Shown here: positions 49,415-60,676 of the stretch, in pieces
Position numbering within the stretch: position 1 is the stretch's first letter
Layout: each line of letters opens with the position of its first letter
NCBI GenBank assembly: GCA_963977015.1
Contig: CAXBMO010000008.1
Location: forward strand, 160,001 to 224,000
Direction: 5' to 3'
Origin: an uncultured bacterium
Lineage (GTDB): Bacteria > Verrucomicrobiota > Verrucomicrobiia > Verrucomicrobiales > DEV007
Length of the DNA stretch: 64,000 nucleotides
Program-made: the position numbers and the translations under genes
The notes under the pieces: generated by a model
Database searches by the model: none
The model's input: the letters and a program-made list of their open reading frames with translations, nothing else
What the model was told of the DNA's origin: nothing

Positions 49415-51535
49415 ATGTTAACTTCTGAAAAATCTCCTCATCAGGATGTACCCACTTCATCTCAGACCGAGTGGGAGCTTCCCAACATCCAGTTGGAGTT
49501 CGGGGACGACCGAGTTGCCGTTCTCAGGTTCGATCGCGCGGAAGGTTCGGCAAATATCTTTGATGATGAGACCCTTGATGAGCTGGGGAAACATCTGGAT
49601 TGGTTGGAAGGGGAACCGGAGCTTGAGGGCGTGGTCCTCCTGAGTGCCAAACCGGGAATTTTCATGGCGGGTGCTGATCTTGAGACGATGAGCGTGGCCT
49701 CAGAGGCTGACTTGAAGAAGTTTGCGGAGAAGGGGCAGGTGGTTTTCGGACGATTGGCGAAACTTCAGGTGCCCACGGTTGCTGCGATTCACGGAGCCTG
49801 CCTGGGCGGTGGACTCGAAGTCGCCCTCGCTTGTGATTGGCGGATCGCGACGCCTGCAAACGTGACGTCACTGGGATTGCCGGAAACGCAGCTTGGGATC
49901 CTTCCCGCATGGGGCGGCTCCACGCGACTCTCCAGATTGATCGGCCTACCCAAAGCGCTCAAATTGATTCTCGCCGGATCGCGATTGAATGGAAAGCGCG
50001 CCAAAAAACTTGGGATCGTGGATTCCATCGTTCATCGCGAACACCTGTTGGAGGAAGCGAGGAAGTGGATCGCGCGAGGAAAGGCAACCCGGCTTTCGCG
50101 GGTTTGGACGAACAACCCGGCTAGCGCGTTGATTCTCCAGGCGATCGTTGGCCGGAAGCTGCGGGAGCAGACGCGAAATAACTATCCAGCCCCGGTGGTT
50201 GCCCTCGAAGTGGTGTGCCGTGGGGCGAGCGGCAACCTGGAAGAGTCGCTGAAGCGGGAACAGCTGGCGTTGCAAGAGTTGCTGAAGACCGATGCGGCCA
50301 GAAATCTGATCCGGGTCTTCCTTCTGCAACAGCGTTCGCGGAAGCTGGTCCACGATGCGGCGGTGAAACCGCTTCCCAAATTGGTGGAGCGAACGGCGGT
50401 GATTGGCGCGGGAGTGATGGGCGCCGGAATTGCCCAATGGATCAGTTCGCGTGGGGTTCCGGTTGTGCTTCAGGATATCGACAACGCCCGAGTTGCCGCC
50501 GGGATGGAAGCGATTCGCAAGACCTACTCGGGAGGCATCAGGCGCGGCTTGTTTTCCCAGCACGAGGCCGAGCGGCTGATGGACGGAATTTCGCCTGCGG
50601 GGACGCCTGTTCCGCTGACGAATCAAGATGTCGTGATCGAGGCGGCGGTTGAGAATCTCGATCTCAAGAAAAAGATCTTTGCGGACCTCTGTTCGCGAAC
50701 GCGCGAGGACACGATTCTCGCGACGAACACGTCCGCGCTCCCGATTGGTGAATTGGCGAAGGCGGAGGGAATCACGAATCCCGGCCGAATCCTGGGCCTG
50801 CATTTTTTCAATCCCGTTCACCGCATGAAGTTAGTTGAGATTGTCGTGGCGGAGCAAACGGCTCCGGAAGCCGCAGAAGCTGCGCTTCGGTTTGTGAAGA
50901 AGATCGGGAAGCTCCCGGTGGTGGTCGCGGATTCTCCGGGCTTTCTCGTGAACCGCATTTTAATGCCGTATTTGATCTCGGCGGGAAGGCTTTTTGAGGG
51001 GGGCGTGGATCCGCGCGAGATTGATGAGGCGATGCTCGATTTTGGAATGCCCATGGGGCCGCTTCGTCTCCTCGATGAAATCGGGCTCGACGTTGCCATG
51101 CATGTGGCCCACTCGATGGAATCGAACTTCGGAGAGCGTCTCGCAACACCTCAAATTCTTCGACGGCTGGTCGATCACGGCTGCCTGGGACGAAAGTCGG
51201 GATCCGGATTCTTTAGCTACGGGGCGAAGAAGGCGAAGCCGACGGTGAATCCAGAGGCTCTATCGTCGCAATCGCAAAGCGGGAAGGAGCCACTCGATCG
51301 CAAGGTTATTGCGACGCTTTTGGCGGGATTGACCATTCACGAAGCCAAACTTTGTCTTGCCGAGGAAGTCACCAAGTCACCCGATGATGTCGACTTTGCG
51401 ATGATCATGGGGACGGGGTGGGCTCCTTATCGTGGCGGTCCCATGCGCTATCTGGAGACGATTGGTGAGCGCGAGTTCGAAGAACGATTTGAAGCTGCCC
51501 GGAATGCTGTCCGCGAGAACGGAGTTCAACCCTAA
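49415..51535 (+). CDS. fadJ: Fatty acid oxidation complex alpha subunit (enoyl-CoA hydratase / 3-hydroxyacyl-CoA dehydrogenase)
   Basis: FMAGADL, GACLGGGLE, LGLPE, GAGVMGAGIA, ATNTS, LHFFNPV, PMGP. Confidence 0.9.
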   Translation: MLTSEKSPHQDVPTSSQTEWELPNIQLEFGDDRVAVLRFDRAEGSANIFDDETLDELGKHLDWLEGEPELEGVVLLSAKPGIFMAGADLETMSVASEADLKKFAEKGQVVFGRLAKLQVPTVAAIHGACLGGGLEVALACDWRIATPANVTSLGLPETQLGILPAWGGSTRLSRLIGLPKALKLILAGSRLNGKRAKKLGIVDSIVHREHLLEEARKWIARGKATRLSRVWTNNPASALILQAIVGRKLREQTRNNYPAPVVALEVVCRGASGNLEESLKREQLALQELLKTDAARNLIRVFLLQQRSRKLVHDAAVKPLPKLVERTAVIGAGVMGAGIAQWISSRGVPVVLQDIDNARVAAGMEAIRKTYSGGIRRGLFSQHEAERLMDGISPAGTPVPLTNQDVVIEAAVENLDLKKKIFADLCSRTREDTILATNTSALPIGELAKAEGITNPGRILGLHFFNPVHRMKLVEIVVAEQTAPEAAEAALRFVKKIGKLPVVVADSPGFLVNRILMPYLISAGRLFEGGVDPREIDEAMLDFGMPMGPLRLLDEIGLDVAMHVAHSMESNFGERLATPQILRRLVDHGCLGRKSGSGFFSYGAKKAKPTVNPEALSSQSQSGKEPLDRKVIATLLAGLTIHEAKLCLAEEVTKSPDDVDFAMIMGTGWAPYRGGPMRYLETIGEREFEERFEAARNAVRENGVQP

Positions 51536-51553
51536 CCTTTATCGCAAAAATTC

Positions 51554-53425
51554 ATGAAGTCAGAAACCTCCCCAAAACCCAAGGACTCTTCCAACCTGAT
51601 TGATACCTCAAAGATGAGCCAAGGCGAACGTGCCGCCTTGGAAATGGCGGAAGCCGCTCGCGAACGGACCACTCGCGGTGGCAGCTTCGCCGGCTCTTTC
51701 TTTATGGGCGATCCCGATTTTTCCCGGCTTTTGCCTTTTCCGGAACAAAGCGCGGAAGACAAGGCCGAAGGTGATGTCTTTATCAAAAAGCTACGCCGAT
51801 TCCTGCTTGAGCATGTTGATCCCGATGCCATCGATCGGGAAGGGGAGATTCCGGATGAGGTCCTGGACGGACTCCGAAAGCTGGGAGCGTTCGGGATCAA
51901 GATTCCCAAGGAATATGGCGGCCTGGGATTGAGCCAGACGAATTATTCGCGAGCAGCCATGGAGTTGGGGAGCTACTGCGGAAACCTGACCGCGTTGCTG
52001 AGCGCGCACCAATCGATCGGCGTTCCCCAGCCCTTGATCGCGTTTGGTACCGAGGACCAGAAGAAGCGGTTTCTGCCCCGGTGTGCGGCGGGCGAGATTT
52101 CCGCGTTTGCGTTGACGGAACCGGATGTTGGTTCCGATCCTGCCAAGATGAAAACGTCCGCCGTTCTCAGTCCGGACGGGAAGTCCTACGTCATCAATGG
52201 TGAAAAACTCTGGTGCACCAACGGCGTGAAAGCCGGAATGATCATTGTGATGGCGCGGAGCGCAGAATCGGAGGCGGAACTTGCGGAGAGTCGCAGCATC
52301 ACGGCGTTCATCGTTGAAATGGATATGCCGGGTGTTGAGGTGACACATCGTTGTCGATTCATGGGACTCAAATCGCTCTACAATGGAGTGGTGACCTTTT
52401 CGGATGTTCGCGTTCCGGTTGAGAATATCGTGCTGGGTGAAGGCCGAGGACTGAAGGTGGCGCTGAGCACGCTCAACACCGGACGTATCACGCTCCCGGC
52501 AGCCTGCGCGGGAATGGCAAATCGTTGTCTGGAATGGAGCCTGGATTGGGCGTCGAGACGCGTGCAATGGGGATCGCAAATCGGGCGGCATGACGCGATT
52601 GCCCAGAAACTCGCGCGAATGGCCGGTGATGCCTTTGCGATCGAGGCGATGACACGGTTTACCAGCAGCCTCGTCGATCAAGACAAGAAGAACGACATTC
52701 GTCTGGAAGCTGCGTTTGGAAAGATGTGGGGAACGGAACGGGGGTGGCGGATTGTGGATGATACCATGCAGATTCGCGGCGGAAGGGGATACGAAACCGC
52801 CGAGAGTCTTCGCAATCGCGGCGATGAAGCGGTCCCGATCGAGCGGTTTTTCCGCGATGCTCGAATCAACACCATCTTTGAAGGCAGCAGCGAAATCATG
52901 CGCCTCTTCATTGCGCGGGAAGCCTTGGATCCGCATTTGAAGATCGGCGGTCCGGTGCTCAATACCACCTTGGATCGCGAAACCCGGCTTCGAGCCGTTT
53001 GGCGAAGCGCACTGTTCTATAGCCGCTGGTACCCGATGCTTTGGTTGCCACGACTCGGTGGATTGCCCCGGGATCTGGATCCCGAAATTCGGCGCGAGCT
53101 GAAGCGGGTGAGGGGACTGAGCCGGAAGTTGGCGCGGGGGCTCTTCCACGCGATGATGAAGCACGGCCCAAAGCTGGAGAAGAAGCAATCCCAGTTGGGG
53201 CGTTTCGTCGACATCGGCGCCGAGCTTTTTGCGATGAGCGTGACTTGTGCCCGGGCGCAGAGGCTTCTCAACGACGAAGACCAAAACCCGGAAGAGCTGC
53301 TGCGTTCCGTGCGGTTTTCCTGCAAGGATTCCCGCGCGCGGATTGCTGGCCTGTTTGCCCAATCGCGGAGAAATGCCGATGAGGAAGGTTATCGCCTCGC
53401 CAAGAATCTGCTGCGAGAAGCTTAG
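51554..53425 (+). CDS. Acyl-CoA dehydrogenase (VLCAD/ACAD9-like)
   Basis: AFALTEPDVGSD, NGEKLWCTN, QIRGGRGY, RDARINTIFEG. Confidence 0.93.
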   Translation: MKSETSPKPKDSSNLIDTSKMSQGERAALEMAEAARERTTRGGSFAGSFFMGDPDFSRLLPFPEQSAEDKAEGDVFIKKLRRFLLEHVDPDAIDREGEIPDEVLDGLRKLGAFGIKIPKEYGGLGLSQTNYSRAAMELGSYCGNLTALLSAHQSIGVPQPLIAFGTEDQKKRFLPRCAAGEISAFALTEPDVGSDPAKMKTSAVLSPDGKSYVINGEKLWCTNGVKAGMIIVMARSAESEAELAESRSITAFIVEMDMPGVEVTHRCRFMGLKSLYNGVVTFSDVRVPVENIVLGEGRGLKVALSTLNTGRITLPAACAGMANRCLEWSLDWASRRVQWGSQIGRHDAIAQKLARMAGDAFAIEAMTRFTSSLVDQDKKNDIRLEAAFGKMWGTERGWRIVDDTMQIRGGRGYETAESLRNRGDEAVPIERFFRDARINTIFEGSSEIMRLFIAREALDPHLKIGGPVLNTTLDRETRLRAVWRSALFYSRWYPMLWLPRLGGLPRDLDPEIRRELKRVRGLSRKLARGLFHAMMKHGPKLEKKQSQLGRFVDIGAELFAMSVTCARAQRLLNDEDQNPEELLRSVRFSCKDSRARIAGLFAQSRRNADEEGYRLAKNLLREA

Positions 53426-54849
53426 GACTCCAGGTTTCCCGATTTCAGAAGTTCAACGTTCGCACCAATCTCCAGTGGAGCACCAACGATGTTGTTGCTC
53501 ATCAGGTTGCCCTTGCCAACGCCCTTCCAGGTGACGGACTTTTTCATCAGGCTGGGAGTTCTCTGATCGTGAACCTGACAAGCCCCTAAACTGATGGAGT
53601 GGCTGTCTTCGAGGTGGACACCGACGGGGTTGGGATCCAGAAACTGACAGCCATTCACCGTGATGCGTTTGGACTTCACGATCTCGAGAAGCGCGCGGTG
53701 GACGCGGGGTGGTTTTCCGTGCCAGGTTTCGTCCCAGGTCGTCTTTCCGGCCGGCGCGCCCCGCATTTGCAGATTGCTGAGAACGCAATCCGAGCAGTTG
53801 CGAAGGCTGATGTTGTTGTCGATTTGGCGGGTCACCGTCCAGTTGTTGTGTCCGATGATATTGGACCCGATGGTCAACTCGCGGCTGTCTTCAACCAGCA
53901 GAGTATGTTGGTAACCACCGTAGATATGGTTTCCCGTTATCGCGATGCCGCTGCAGTGTTGCAGATGGAGATTGATCGCCTGATTGCCAATGAGGTTTCC
54001 GGAGATCGCAGCCATCCCCACCGGAAGCAGCCCACTGGGATCAGGCCCGATGATTCTGATGTTGGCGCCATTTGGGCTATGGGTTGCTTGAATCGTGTTG
54101 GAGGCAATGGTGAATTCACGAACGGAAGGGCGAGGGACGTCTTTGGAGGTGCCTCGGGAATCGATGTAGATTTCGGCGGTGGGATCATCCGGTTTGCCAA
54201 CGTCGAAGTTCTTGTAGTTGTTGTATTCGATGTCGTTTCCGGTGATCTGCAGGTTTCGAATCTCTGAACCCTCGATGCGGATTCCACCAAGCCGATTGTA
54301 ACTGATGTGGCTCCCGACGATGTTGATCTGATGGAGATTGACGCGGTCGAGAAAGACGCCGATTCCCGTGTTGTGATAGATCTGGCAGTTGGTGATGATC
54401 ACATTGCGATTGCGCTCGTGGAGATGAATGCCGTGCCGCAATCGATGCAGCCCGACTCGGGAAATCACCGCCTGCATCGTCCCTGCGAGCTGGATTCCGT
54501 CAGCCTCAGGATGAGCTCCCTCGATTTCCAGATTGGAGATCTGCGGCATCCGTTCGCGCTCCCAGACTTCGGGTTTGACACTTCCGGGGCTTGCCGTGCC
54601 GCCATGAGTTCCCACCAAGCGAATGGCGGGACCCGGGCCAGCCATCACCAACTTCGCGGTTCCGTCAGAACCTTCGAGCCCGATTCGACCGAACTCGGCC
54701 AGCGAGATCTCCAGAGTGCGGGTGATCCGGTAATCGCCCCGGTTGAATCGGACGGACCCTTCACCATCACGGATCGCATGTTCGATCGCGTCAGTATCAT
54801 CCGTGCTTCCGTCACCGGCTGCACCAAACTCGTAAACGTGGCTGCTCAT
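53422..54849 (-). CDS. Right-handed parallel beta-helix repeat protein (pectate lyase-like fold)
   Basis: FGAAGDGSTDDTDAI and repeated ITGN/ISGN/IVGS motifs. Confidence 0.85.
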   Translation of the reverse strand: MSSHVYEFGAAGDGSTDDTDAIEHAIRDGEGSVRFNRGDYRITRTLEISLAEFGRIGLEGSDGTAKLVMAGPGPAIRLVGTHGGTASPGSVKPEVWERERMPQISNLEIEGAHPEADGIQLAGTMQAVISRVGLHRLRHGIHLHERNRNVIITNCQIYHNTGIGVFLDRVNLHQINIVGSHISYNRLGGIRIEGSEIRNLQITGNDIEYNNYKNFDVGKPDDPTAEIYIDSRGTSKDVPRPSVREFTIASNTIQATHSPNGANIRIIGPDPSGLLPVGMAAISGNLIGNQAINLHLQHCSGIAITGNHIYGGYQHTLLVEDSRELTIGSNIIGHNNWTVTRQIDNNISLRNCSDCVLSNLQMRGAPAGKTTWDETWHGKPPRVHRALLEIVKSKRITVNGCQFLDPNPVGVHLEDSHSISLGACQVHDQRTPSLMKKSVTWKGVGKGNLMSNNIVGAPLEIGANVELLKSGNLES

Positions 54850-54890
54850 CCCCAAGTTTGGGGACTCCGCCGGTTCAGATCAAGTCGCGA

Positions 54891-56180
54891 TTAGTTGGTC
54901 GTGGTCTCCACTCCGGTGATGATTCGGGCGCCCCGCTTGTAGGTCATGTAGGAGTATACCCATTGCCAAAAGACGGCGACCTTGTTGCGAAAACCGATCA
55001 GGAAAAGGAGGTGGATAAAGAGCCACATCAGCCAGGCAATGAAGCCGGTGAATTTGGCTCCTCCGCTCGTGGCGACCGCGGCACTTCGTCCGATGGTGGC
55101 CATGCTCCCCTTGTCGAGATACTTGAAGGGGCCGGTTTGCCCGCGACCGAGCTGCCGGGCAACGTAATCGCCCATCTGAATCGCTGCCGGGCACAGACCG
55201 GGAACGGCCTTGCCGTTGGCATCGATCAACGAGACGATGTCACCAATGGCGTAGACTTCGGGATGACCGGGGAGGCTGAGATCGGGACGCACTTTGAGGC
55301 GACCGGCGCGATCCGTTTCGACTCCGAGATTGCGAACGATGGCCGGAGCCTCGACCCCGGCGGCCCACAAGACGTTGGCCGTTTCGATCCGCTCACCGGC
55401 CACGACAACGTAGCCGTCGCCAACATCCTCGACCATGGCGCCGACTCGAACTTCCACTCCTATTCCCTCCAGGCGTTGCTTCGTGTACTCAGACAGATCT
55501 TCCGGATACATCGTCAAGAGACGGTCCATCCCTTCGACGAGAATGATCCGGGTATCACGGGGATTGATGCGGCGAAAGTCGTGAGCCATGACTCGTTTCG
55601 CAAGCTCGGCAAAGGCTCCCGCGAGCTCGACGCCGGTTGGTCCACCACCGATCACCACCGTCGTCATCAGTTTTCGGATTTCATCTTCGTCGTCGCTGGC
55701 TTCCGCGAGTTCGAAGGCCCGGAGAATCGCCGCTCGAATCTGCGTGGCATCGCGCAGGGACTTCAGGGCGTGAGAATGCTTCGCCCAATGATCATGCCCG
55801 AAATAGCTTGTTTTGACGCCGAGCGCGATCACGAGATGGTCGTAGTTGAGCGTTCGTTCGCTGGTCGTGACTTCGCGATTCTCCAGATTGATGCTGGTAA
55901 CCTCTTCCATCAGCACATCCAGGTTCGTCCGTTCGCTCAGGATCGCCCGCAGAGGTTGGGCGATCTCGGGGGCTGCCAGCCCGGCACTTGCCACCTGATA
56001 GAGAAGGGGCTGAAAGAGGTGATGATTCTGGCGATCGATCAGGGTGATGTGGAAGCGCTCGGAATTGTCCAACTCCTTGCAGAATTCCAGACCCCCAAAG
56101 CCGCCACCGAGAACGACGACATGGGTTTTGCCCTCGGGAGGGCCGAGGTGAGGATGACTTTTTGCTTGCTGATTTTTCAT
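54891..56180 (-). CDS. ndh: Type II NADH dehydrogenase
   Basis: GGGFGG, FQPLLYQVA, GGGPTGVELAG, WAAGV, AIGD. Confidence 0.92.
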   Translation of the reverse strand: MKNQQAKSHPHLGPPEGKTHVVVLGGGFGGLEFCKELDNSERFHITLIDRQNHHLFQPLLYQVASAGLAAPEIAQPLRAILSERTNLDVLMEEVTSINLENREVTTSERTLNYDHLVIALGVKTSYFGHDHWAKHSHALKSLRDATQIRAAILRAFELAEASDDEDEIRKLMTTVVIGGGPTGVELAGAFAELAKRVMAHDFRRINPRDTRIILVEGMDRLLTMYPEDLSEYTKQRLEGIGVEVRVGAMVEDVGDGYVVVAGERIETANVLWAAGVEAPAIVRNLGVETDRAGRLKVRPDLSLPGHPEVYAIGDIVSLIDANGKAVPGLCPAAIQMGDYVARQLGRGQTGPFKYLDKGSMATIGRSAAVATSGGAKFTGFIAWLMWLFIHLLFLIGFRNKVAVFWQWVYSYMTYKRGARIITGVETTTN

Positions 56181-56247
56181 GGAGGAGCCAAATCCGGCTA
56201 TGACCTAATTCGTTTGGCATTTCCAGTTGGGAACCAAACATTTTTAC

Positions 56248-57633
56248 TTACCAACCCCCAGGTTGCGGCGTCGCGCCAGCCTGGGTTTCCGAATACCATG
56301 TTTTGAGTTGTTCCGCCATCAGGGCCGTTCGTTTTGGTTCCTGGCCAACGAGGTTCATGGACTCCTTGGGATCAGTTCCCAAATGATAGAGCTCCAGCGT
56401 CTCGTTTTCGAAAGTTCCCGGCTTCGCCTTGGGATGTTTGACGATCAACTTCCACGGGCCATCGCGCATGGCTTCAGAACGCGCTCCATTGTTGGAAAGC
56501 GACGCCCAGAAGAGAGGGCGCGGTTTGAGTTTCCCCTGGTTTCGAAGAACGGTCGCCAAATCGACTCCGTCGAGGGCCGGTTTGGAAGCTTGAATTCCGG
56601 CAAGGGAAAGGAGTGTGGGCATCACATCGAGGGAGATGATGGTTTCATTGGAGATGGAACCCGCTGGGATGGTCCCTGGCCACCACGCGATGGCTGGAAC
56701 CTTGTGGCCGCCCTCGTAGACCGAGCCTTTGGAGCCGCGCAATTCGGGACTGCCGCTGGGGAAATCTCCGGCCGCTCCATTATCGGAAAAGAAAAGCACA
56801 AGCGTGTTCTTCTCAATCCCGAGCTCGATCAGCGCATTTCGCAACTGACCAACCCCCTCGTCAACCGGCAGCGTCATTCCCCGATACTTCTCGATTCGTT
56901 CTTCGGCACTGACCTCACGCCATTTCCAGCGTTCCCAATGGTCCTCAGTTCGCCGCACCGGATCGCCGGGAACCTGAACGGGATTGTGAATTGCTTCGTG
57001 GGCGATGTACAAACAGAAAGGCTCGTTGGTTTGGCCATGGCGCTTCACGAAATCGAGCGCGTATTGATTGATGAGGTGAGTTGAGTAGCCTTCCTTCTCG
57101 GTTTCCTCTCGGCCGTGCCACCAATCGTGCTGGTAGTGATCGCCGACATGGCTGATAAAATCGATATTGCCGCTGTGATACCCGACGAACTCATCAAAGC
57201 CGTGATTTTGAGGGTGAAAGTCATCGGAGTTTTGAGGATAGCCCTGGTGCCATTTACCGATTAAGCCGGTCTGGTATCCTGCCGTTTGAAGACGTTCGGC
57301 GAAGGTCGTTTCCTGAAGCTGAAGACCCTTGCGATGCTCGGGATGATCCGAGACCGGATGGATCACCGCTTCGATTCCGGCCCGTTGTTGATAGCGTCCC
57401 GTGAGGAGCCCGGTGCGGGTCGGCGAGCAAACGGTTCCGGAGCTGTGAAAGTCCGTCAGCTTCATTCCTTCGCTGGCGAGCCGGTCCAACTCTGGAGTCT
57501 TGAAATAGGGATTCCCAAAACAGCTCAGCCCGGAATAGCCCATGTCATCGACCATGATGACGATGAAATTGGGGCGTTCAGCCGCAAGCGAAAGAAGCGG
57601 CAGAGCAAGGACAAAGGAAAGGAGGGGTTTCAT
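56248..57633 (-). CDS. Exported arylsulfatase (formylglycine-dependent)
   Basis: Signal peptide; PNFIVIMVDDMG, CSPTR, LLTGR, GKWH, SDNG. Confidence 0.93.
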   Translation of the reverse strand: MKPLLSFVLALPLLSLAAERPNFIVIMVDDMGYSGLSCFGNPYFKTPELDRLASEGMKLTDFHSSGTVCSPTRTGLLTGRYQQRAGIEAVIHPVSDHPEHRKGLQLQETTFAERLQTAGYQTGLIGKWHQGYPQNSDDFHPQNHGFDEFVGYHSGNIDFISHVGDHYQHDWWHGREETEKEGYSTHLINQYALDFVKRHGQTNEPFCLYIAHEAIHNPVQVPGDPVRRTEDHWERWKWREVSAEERIEKYRGMTLPVDEGVGQLRNALIELGIEKNTLVLFFSDNGAAGDFPSGSPELRGSKGSVYEGGHKVPAIAWWPGTIPAGSISNETIISLDVMPTLLSLAGIQASKPALDGVDLATVLRNQGKLKPRPLFWASLSNNGARSEAMRDGPWKLIVKHPKAKPGTFENETLELYHLGTDPKESMNLVGQEPKRTALMAEQLKTWYSETQAGATPQPGGW

Positions 57634-57733
57634 GCGAGGTTACCAACCGGCTTCATGATCAAAAATCAATTGGTCGAATTGACGAAGAAGCGATGGGGTC
57701 GGTCAGAACCTGTTGGTAGGAGTTTCTCGAGGG

Positions 57734-58525
57734 CTACCTGAAGAGCCGGGTGAAGTTCGTTTCCATCTCATCAGCCAAACTTCGTAGGGAGAGTTTCAGA
57801 AGGGACGCCACGCTTTCGTAAACCGTGACGAGGTTCCCGGGATCGTTGATGCGTTTCCCGGATTTGAGATCATTCCGTCCGAATTGGTCGAGGTCTTCAG
57901 GGAGGTATTGGTCTGGAGCGTCCGTTTCGATCAGCAGGCGGTGAAGAGGCACGTGCTTGAAGATCTCTCGAGTTTTGGCTTTGCGAGGGTGGAGGAAGTA
58001 GCCGCTGAAGGAAAAATAGGCGCCGAGATCGACAAAGGCATCGATCATCTCCGCGGAACCACCGTAGGAATGAAGGAGGAACCCCCGGTCGGGGAGGGGA
58101 TGGGCTTGGAGAAGTTCAAGCATTCGGCCCCAGGCGCGAAGGCAATGAATGGAAACCGGTCGATTCTGCTGCGCGGCGAGCTCGAGTTGGGCGAGAAAGA
58201 CGTCTTCCTGGGTTGGTGTGTCGTAGTTCTCGATCCAGCGGTCGAGCCCAATCTCGCCAATCCCGGCTTGGGGATGAGAATCCAGAAGTTCCTGGAGTTT
58301 GGTCAGCCAGTTGGAAGACCGGTTATCGACATGCCAGGGATGAAGTCCAAAGCTGGGCATGACTTCGGGCACCTCTTCAGCTAACCGGGAGACATCAGCC
58401 CAATCGGCTTCCCGGGTTCCGTTGACGACCCAGCCACCAATGCCGAGATCCCGGAGAGCATCGAAATCGAGACGATTGCCGAAACGCGAATCCTGGAGAT
58501 GGCAATGTGCGTCCAGGAACTTCAT
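57734..58525 (-). CDS. tatD: TatD family hydrolase
   Basis: DAHCHL, GLHPW, GEIGLD, HS, ETDAP. Confidence 0.9.
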   Translation of the reverse strand: MKFLDAHCHLQDSRFGNRLDFDALRDLGIGGWVVNGTREADWADVSRLAEEVPEVMPSFGLHPWHVDNRSSNWLTKLQELLDSHPQAGIGEIGLDRWIENYDTPTQEDVFLAQLELAAQQNRPVSIHCLRAWGRMLELLQAHPLPDRGFLLHSYGGSAEMIDAFVDLGAYFSFSGYFLHPRKAKTREIFKHVPLHRLLIETDAPDQYLPEDLDQFGRNDLKSGKRINDPGNLVTVYESVASLLKLSLRSLADEMETNFTRLFR

Positions 58526-58557
58526 GCGTGATCGATTCAGGCACTGGGCCTGTCGTT

Positions 58558-60438
58558 TTAGGCCGCGACCTCGACCAACTTTTCGGCACCCTCATCTCCC
58601 TCAACGATGTCAGCTTCAACCCGGAGATTCTTGATGATGAACTGTTGGCGTTCCTCGGTGTTTTTCCCCATATAGAACGCGAGTAGATCGCTGATTGTTT
58701 TGTTCTGGGGAGGAAGCTCGACCGGATCGAGGCGAATGTCTTCGTTGATGAAGTCCTTGAACTCCCCGGGGGAAATCTCACCAAGGCCCTTAAATCGGGT
58801 GATCTCGGGATTGGGCTTCAACTCGTTAATCGCCTGAACCCGCTCTTCGTCGCTATAGCAATAGAGGGTCTTCTTCTTGTTCCGAACCCGGAAGAGCGGT
58901 GTCTGTAAGATAAAGAGATGATTATCTCGAATCAGGTCGGGAAAGAACTGCACAAAAAAGGTAATCAGAAGAAGCCGGATATGCATGCCGTCGACATCGG
59001 CATCCGTGGCGATGACAACCTTGTTGTAACGGAGATTGTCAATGCCTGCTTCAATATTCAGAGCGTGTTGCAGAAGGTTGAACTCCTCGTTCTCGTAGAC
59101 GATTTTGCGAGATTTGCCATAGGTGTTGAGCGGCTTGCCTCGAAGGCTGAACACGGCTTGAAGATCCGCGTTGCGAGCGGTCGTGATCGAGCCACTGGCA
59201 GAATCACCCTCTGTGATGAAGACCATGGTTTCATCGCCAAGCTTGTGCTTGGTATTGTAGTGAACGCGGCAGTCGCGGAGTTTTTTGTTCACCACTTTGG
59301 CGGCGCGCGCTCCTTCGCGGGCAGCCTTTTGAATGCCCTTCATCTCTTTGCGCTCCTTCTCTGACAGCGCGACCTTGGCGAGCAGCTTTTCAGAAGTCTG
59401 GGCGTTGCGATGGAGGAAGTTGTCGAGGTGCTGACCGAGGAAGTTGCTGACGAACGTGCGGATGGTCTGTCCGTCCGGTTCCATGTGAGTTGAACCCAGT
59501 TTCGTCTTGGTCTGGGACTCGAAGACCGGCTCGATGACCCGCAGGCTGACGGCGGCGACGATGCCTTCCCGGATGTCGACGGCGTCGAACGCTTTCTTGG
59601 CGTAGTCGCGAACGACTTTGACGATCGATTCACGAAATGCGGCGAGATGGGTCCCTCCCTGGGTCGTGTTCTGGCCGTTGACGAAGCTGAAGTAGTCCTC
59701 GCCGTGTTGGTCGGAGTGGGCGAAGGCGATTTCGATGTCGTCACCCAAAAGGTGGATCACCGGGTAGAGCGGTTTTTGGCTCATGTTCTCGTTCAGCAAG
59801 TCGAGCAGGCCGTTTTTGGAGACGAACTTTTTGCCATTGAACTGGAGCGTGAGTCCTCGGTTGAGATACGAGTAGTTTCGCAGCATCTGCTCCACGAACT
59901 CAGGGTTGTAACTGTATTCGCCGAAGACACTGGCGTCGGCCTCGTAAACAATCTCGGTTCCACTTTCCGCCTTGCAGCGTTCGGGGCGCTTCATTTGTTT
60001 CACGACTTCACCACCGGTAAATTCGATCCGATTGGTCTTGTTTTCGCGAAAGGCTTGAATCTGGAAGTCGGAAGAGAGCGCGTTGACGGCTTTGATACCC
60101 ACTCCATTGAGGCCGACCGACTTTTTGAAGGCCTTGGAGTCGTATTTGGCACCCGTGTTGATCTTGGCTGCGCAATCCATCAGCTTACCGAGGGGAATGC
60201 CGCGTCCATAGTCGCGAATCCGCATCTTGGGCCCATCAAGCTCGATGTCGATCGTCTTTCCGTATCCCATGACGAACTCATCGATGGAGTTGTCGATCAC
60301 CTCTTTGAGGAGCACGTAGATGCCGTCATCAGGAGACGTGCCATCTCCAAGTTTGCCGATATACATGCCGGGGCGCAGCCGAATGTGTTCGCGCCAGTCC
60401 AGCGTTTTAATGTCTTCCTCGCGGTAATTTACGGACAT
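58558..60438 (-). CDS. parE: DNA topoisomerase IV subunit B (type IIA topoisomerase B subunit)
   Basis: [48 protein letters not shown]; short 626-aa form. Confidence 0.88.
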   Translation of the reverse strand: MSVNYREEDIKTLDWREHIRLRPGMYIGKLGDGTSPDDGIYVLLKEVIDNSIDEFVMGYGKTIDIELDGPKMRIRDYGRGIPLGKLMDCAAKINTGAKYDSKAFKKSVGLNGVGIKAVNALSSDFQIQAFRENKTNRIEFTGGEVVKQMKRPERCKAESGTEIVYEADASVFGEYSYNPEFVEQMLRNYSYLNRGLTLQFNGKKFVSKNGLLDLLNENMSQKPLYPVIHLLGDDIEIAFAHSDQHGEDYFSFVNGQNTTQGGTHLAAFRESIVKVVRDYAKKAFDAVDIREGIVAAVSLRVIEPVFESQTKTKLGSTHMEPDGQTIRTFVSNFLGQHLDNFLHRNAQTSEKLLAKVALSEKERKEMKGIQKAAREGARAAKVVNKKLRDCRVHYNTKHKLGDETMVFITEGDSASGSITTARNADLQAVFSLRGKPLNTYGKSRKIVYENEEFNLLQHALNIEAGIDNLRYNKVVIATDADVDGMHIRLLLITFFVQFFPDLIRDNHLFILQTPLFRVRNKKKTLYCYSDEERVQAINELKPNPEITRFKGLGEISPGEFKDFINEDIRLDPVELPPQNKTISDLLAFYMGKNTEERQQFIIKNLRVEADIVEGDEGAEKLVEVAA

Positions 60439-60676
60439 GGATTTTTGGGAGTAAACGAAACGTGTTCTCAGTAACAGTTAACAAGAGTTAACCGATTTCA
60501 ACCAAAAGTCCCCAGGGATTTTTGAGGAGGTCTCGATTTGGCGAGTCATTCGACTTGCGAAATGACTCTAGCAGAATGCCACAGCCTACGCGAGACTTGA
60601 AGGGGGTTGACCGCCTTAAAGAGCAGGAATTGGGCGATTCGGCAAGGCTTTCCGGAGTTTTCCAGGCTTGAGAAAA

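Noticed and set aside
51791-53362. 523-aa antisense ORF
   Set aside because: Mirror of the acyl-CoA dehydrogenase; typical of GC-rich codon bias
54858-56306. 482-aa plus-strand ORF
   Set aside because: Antisense to ndh; no family motifs
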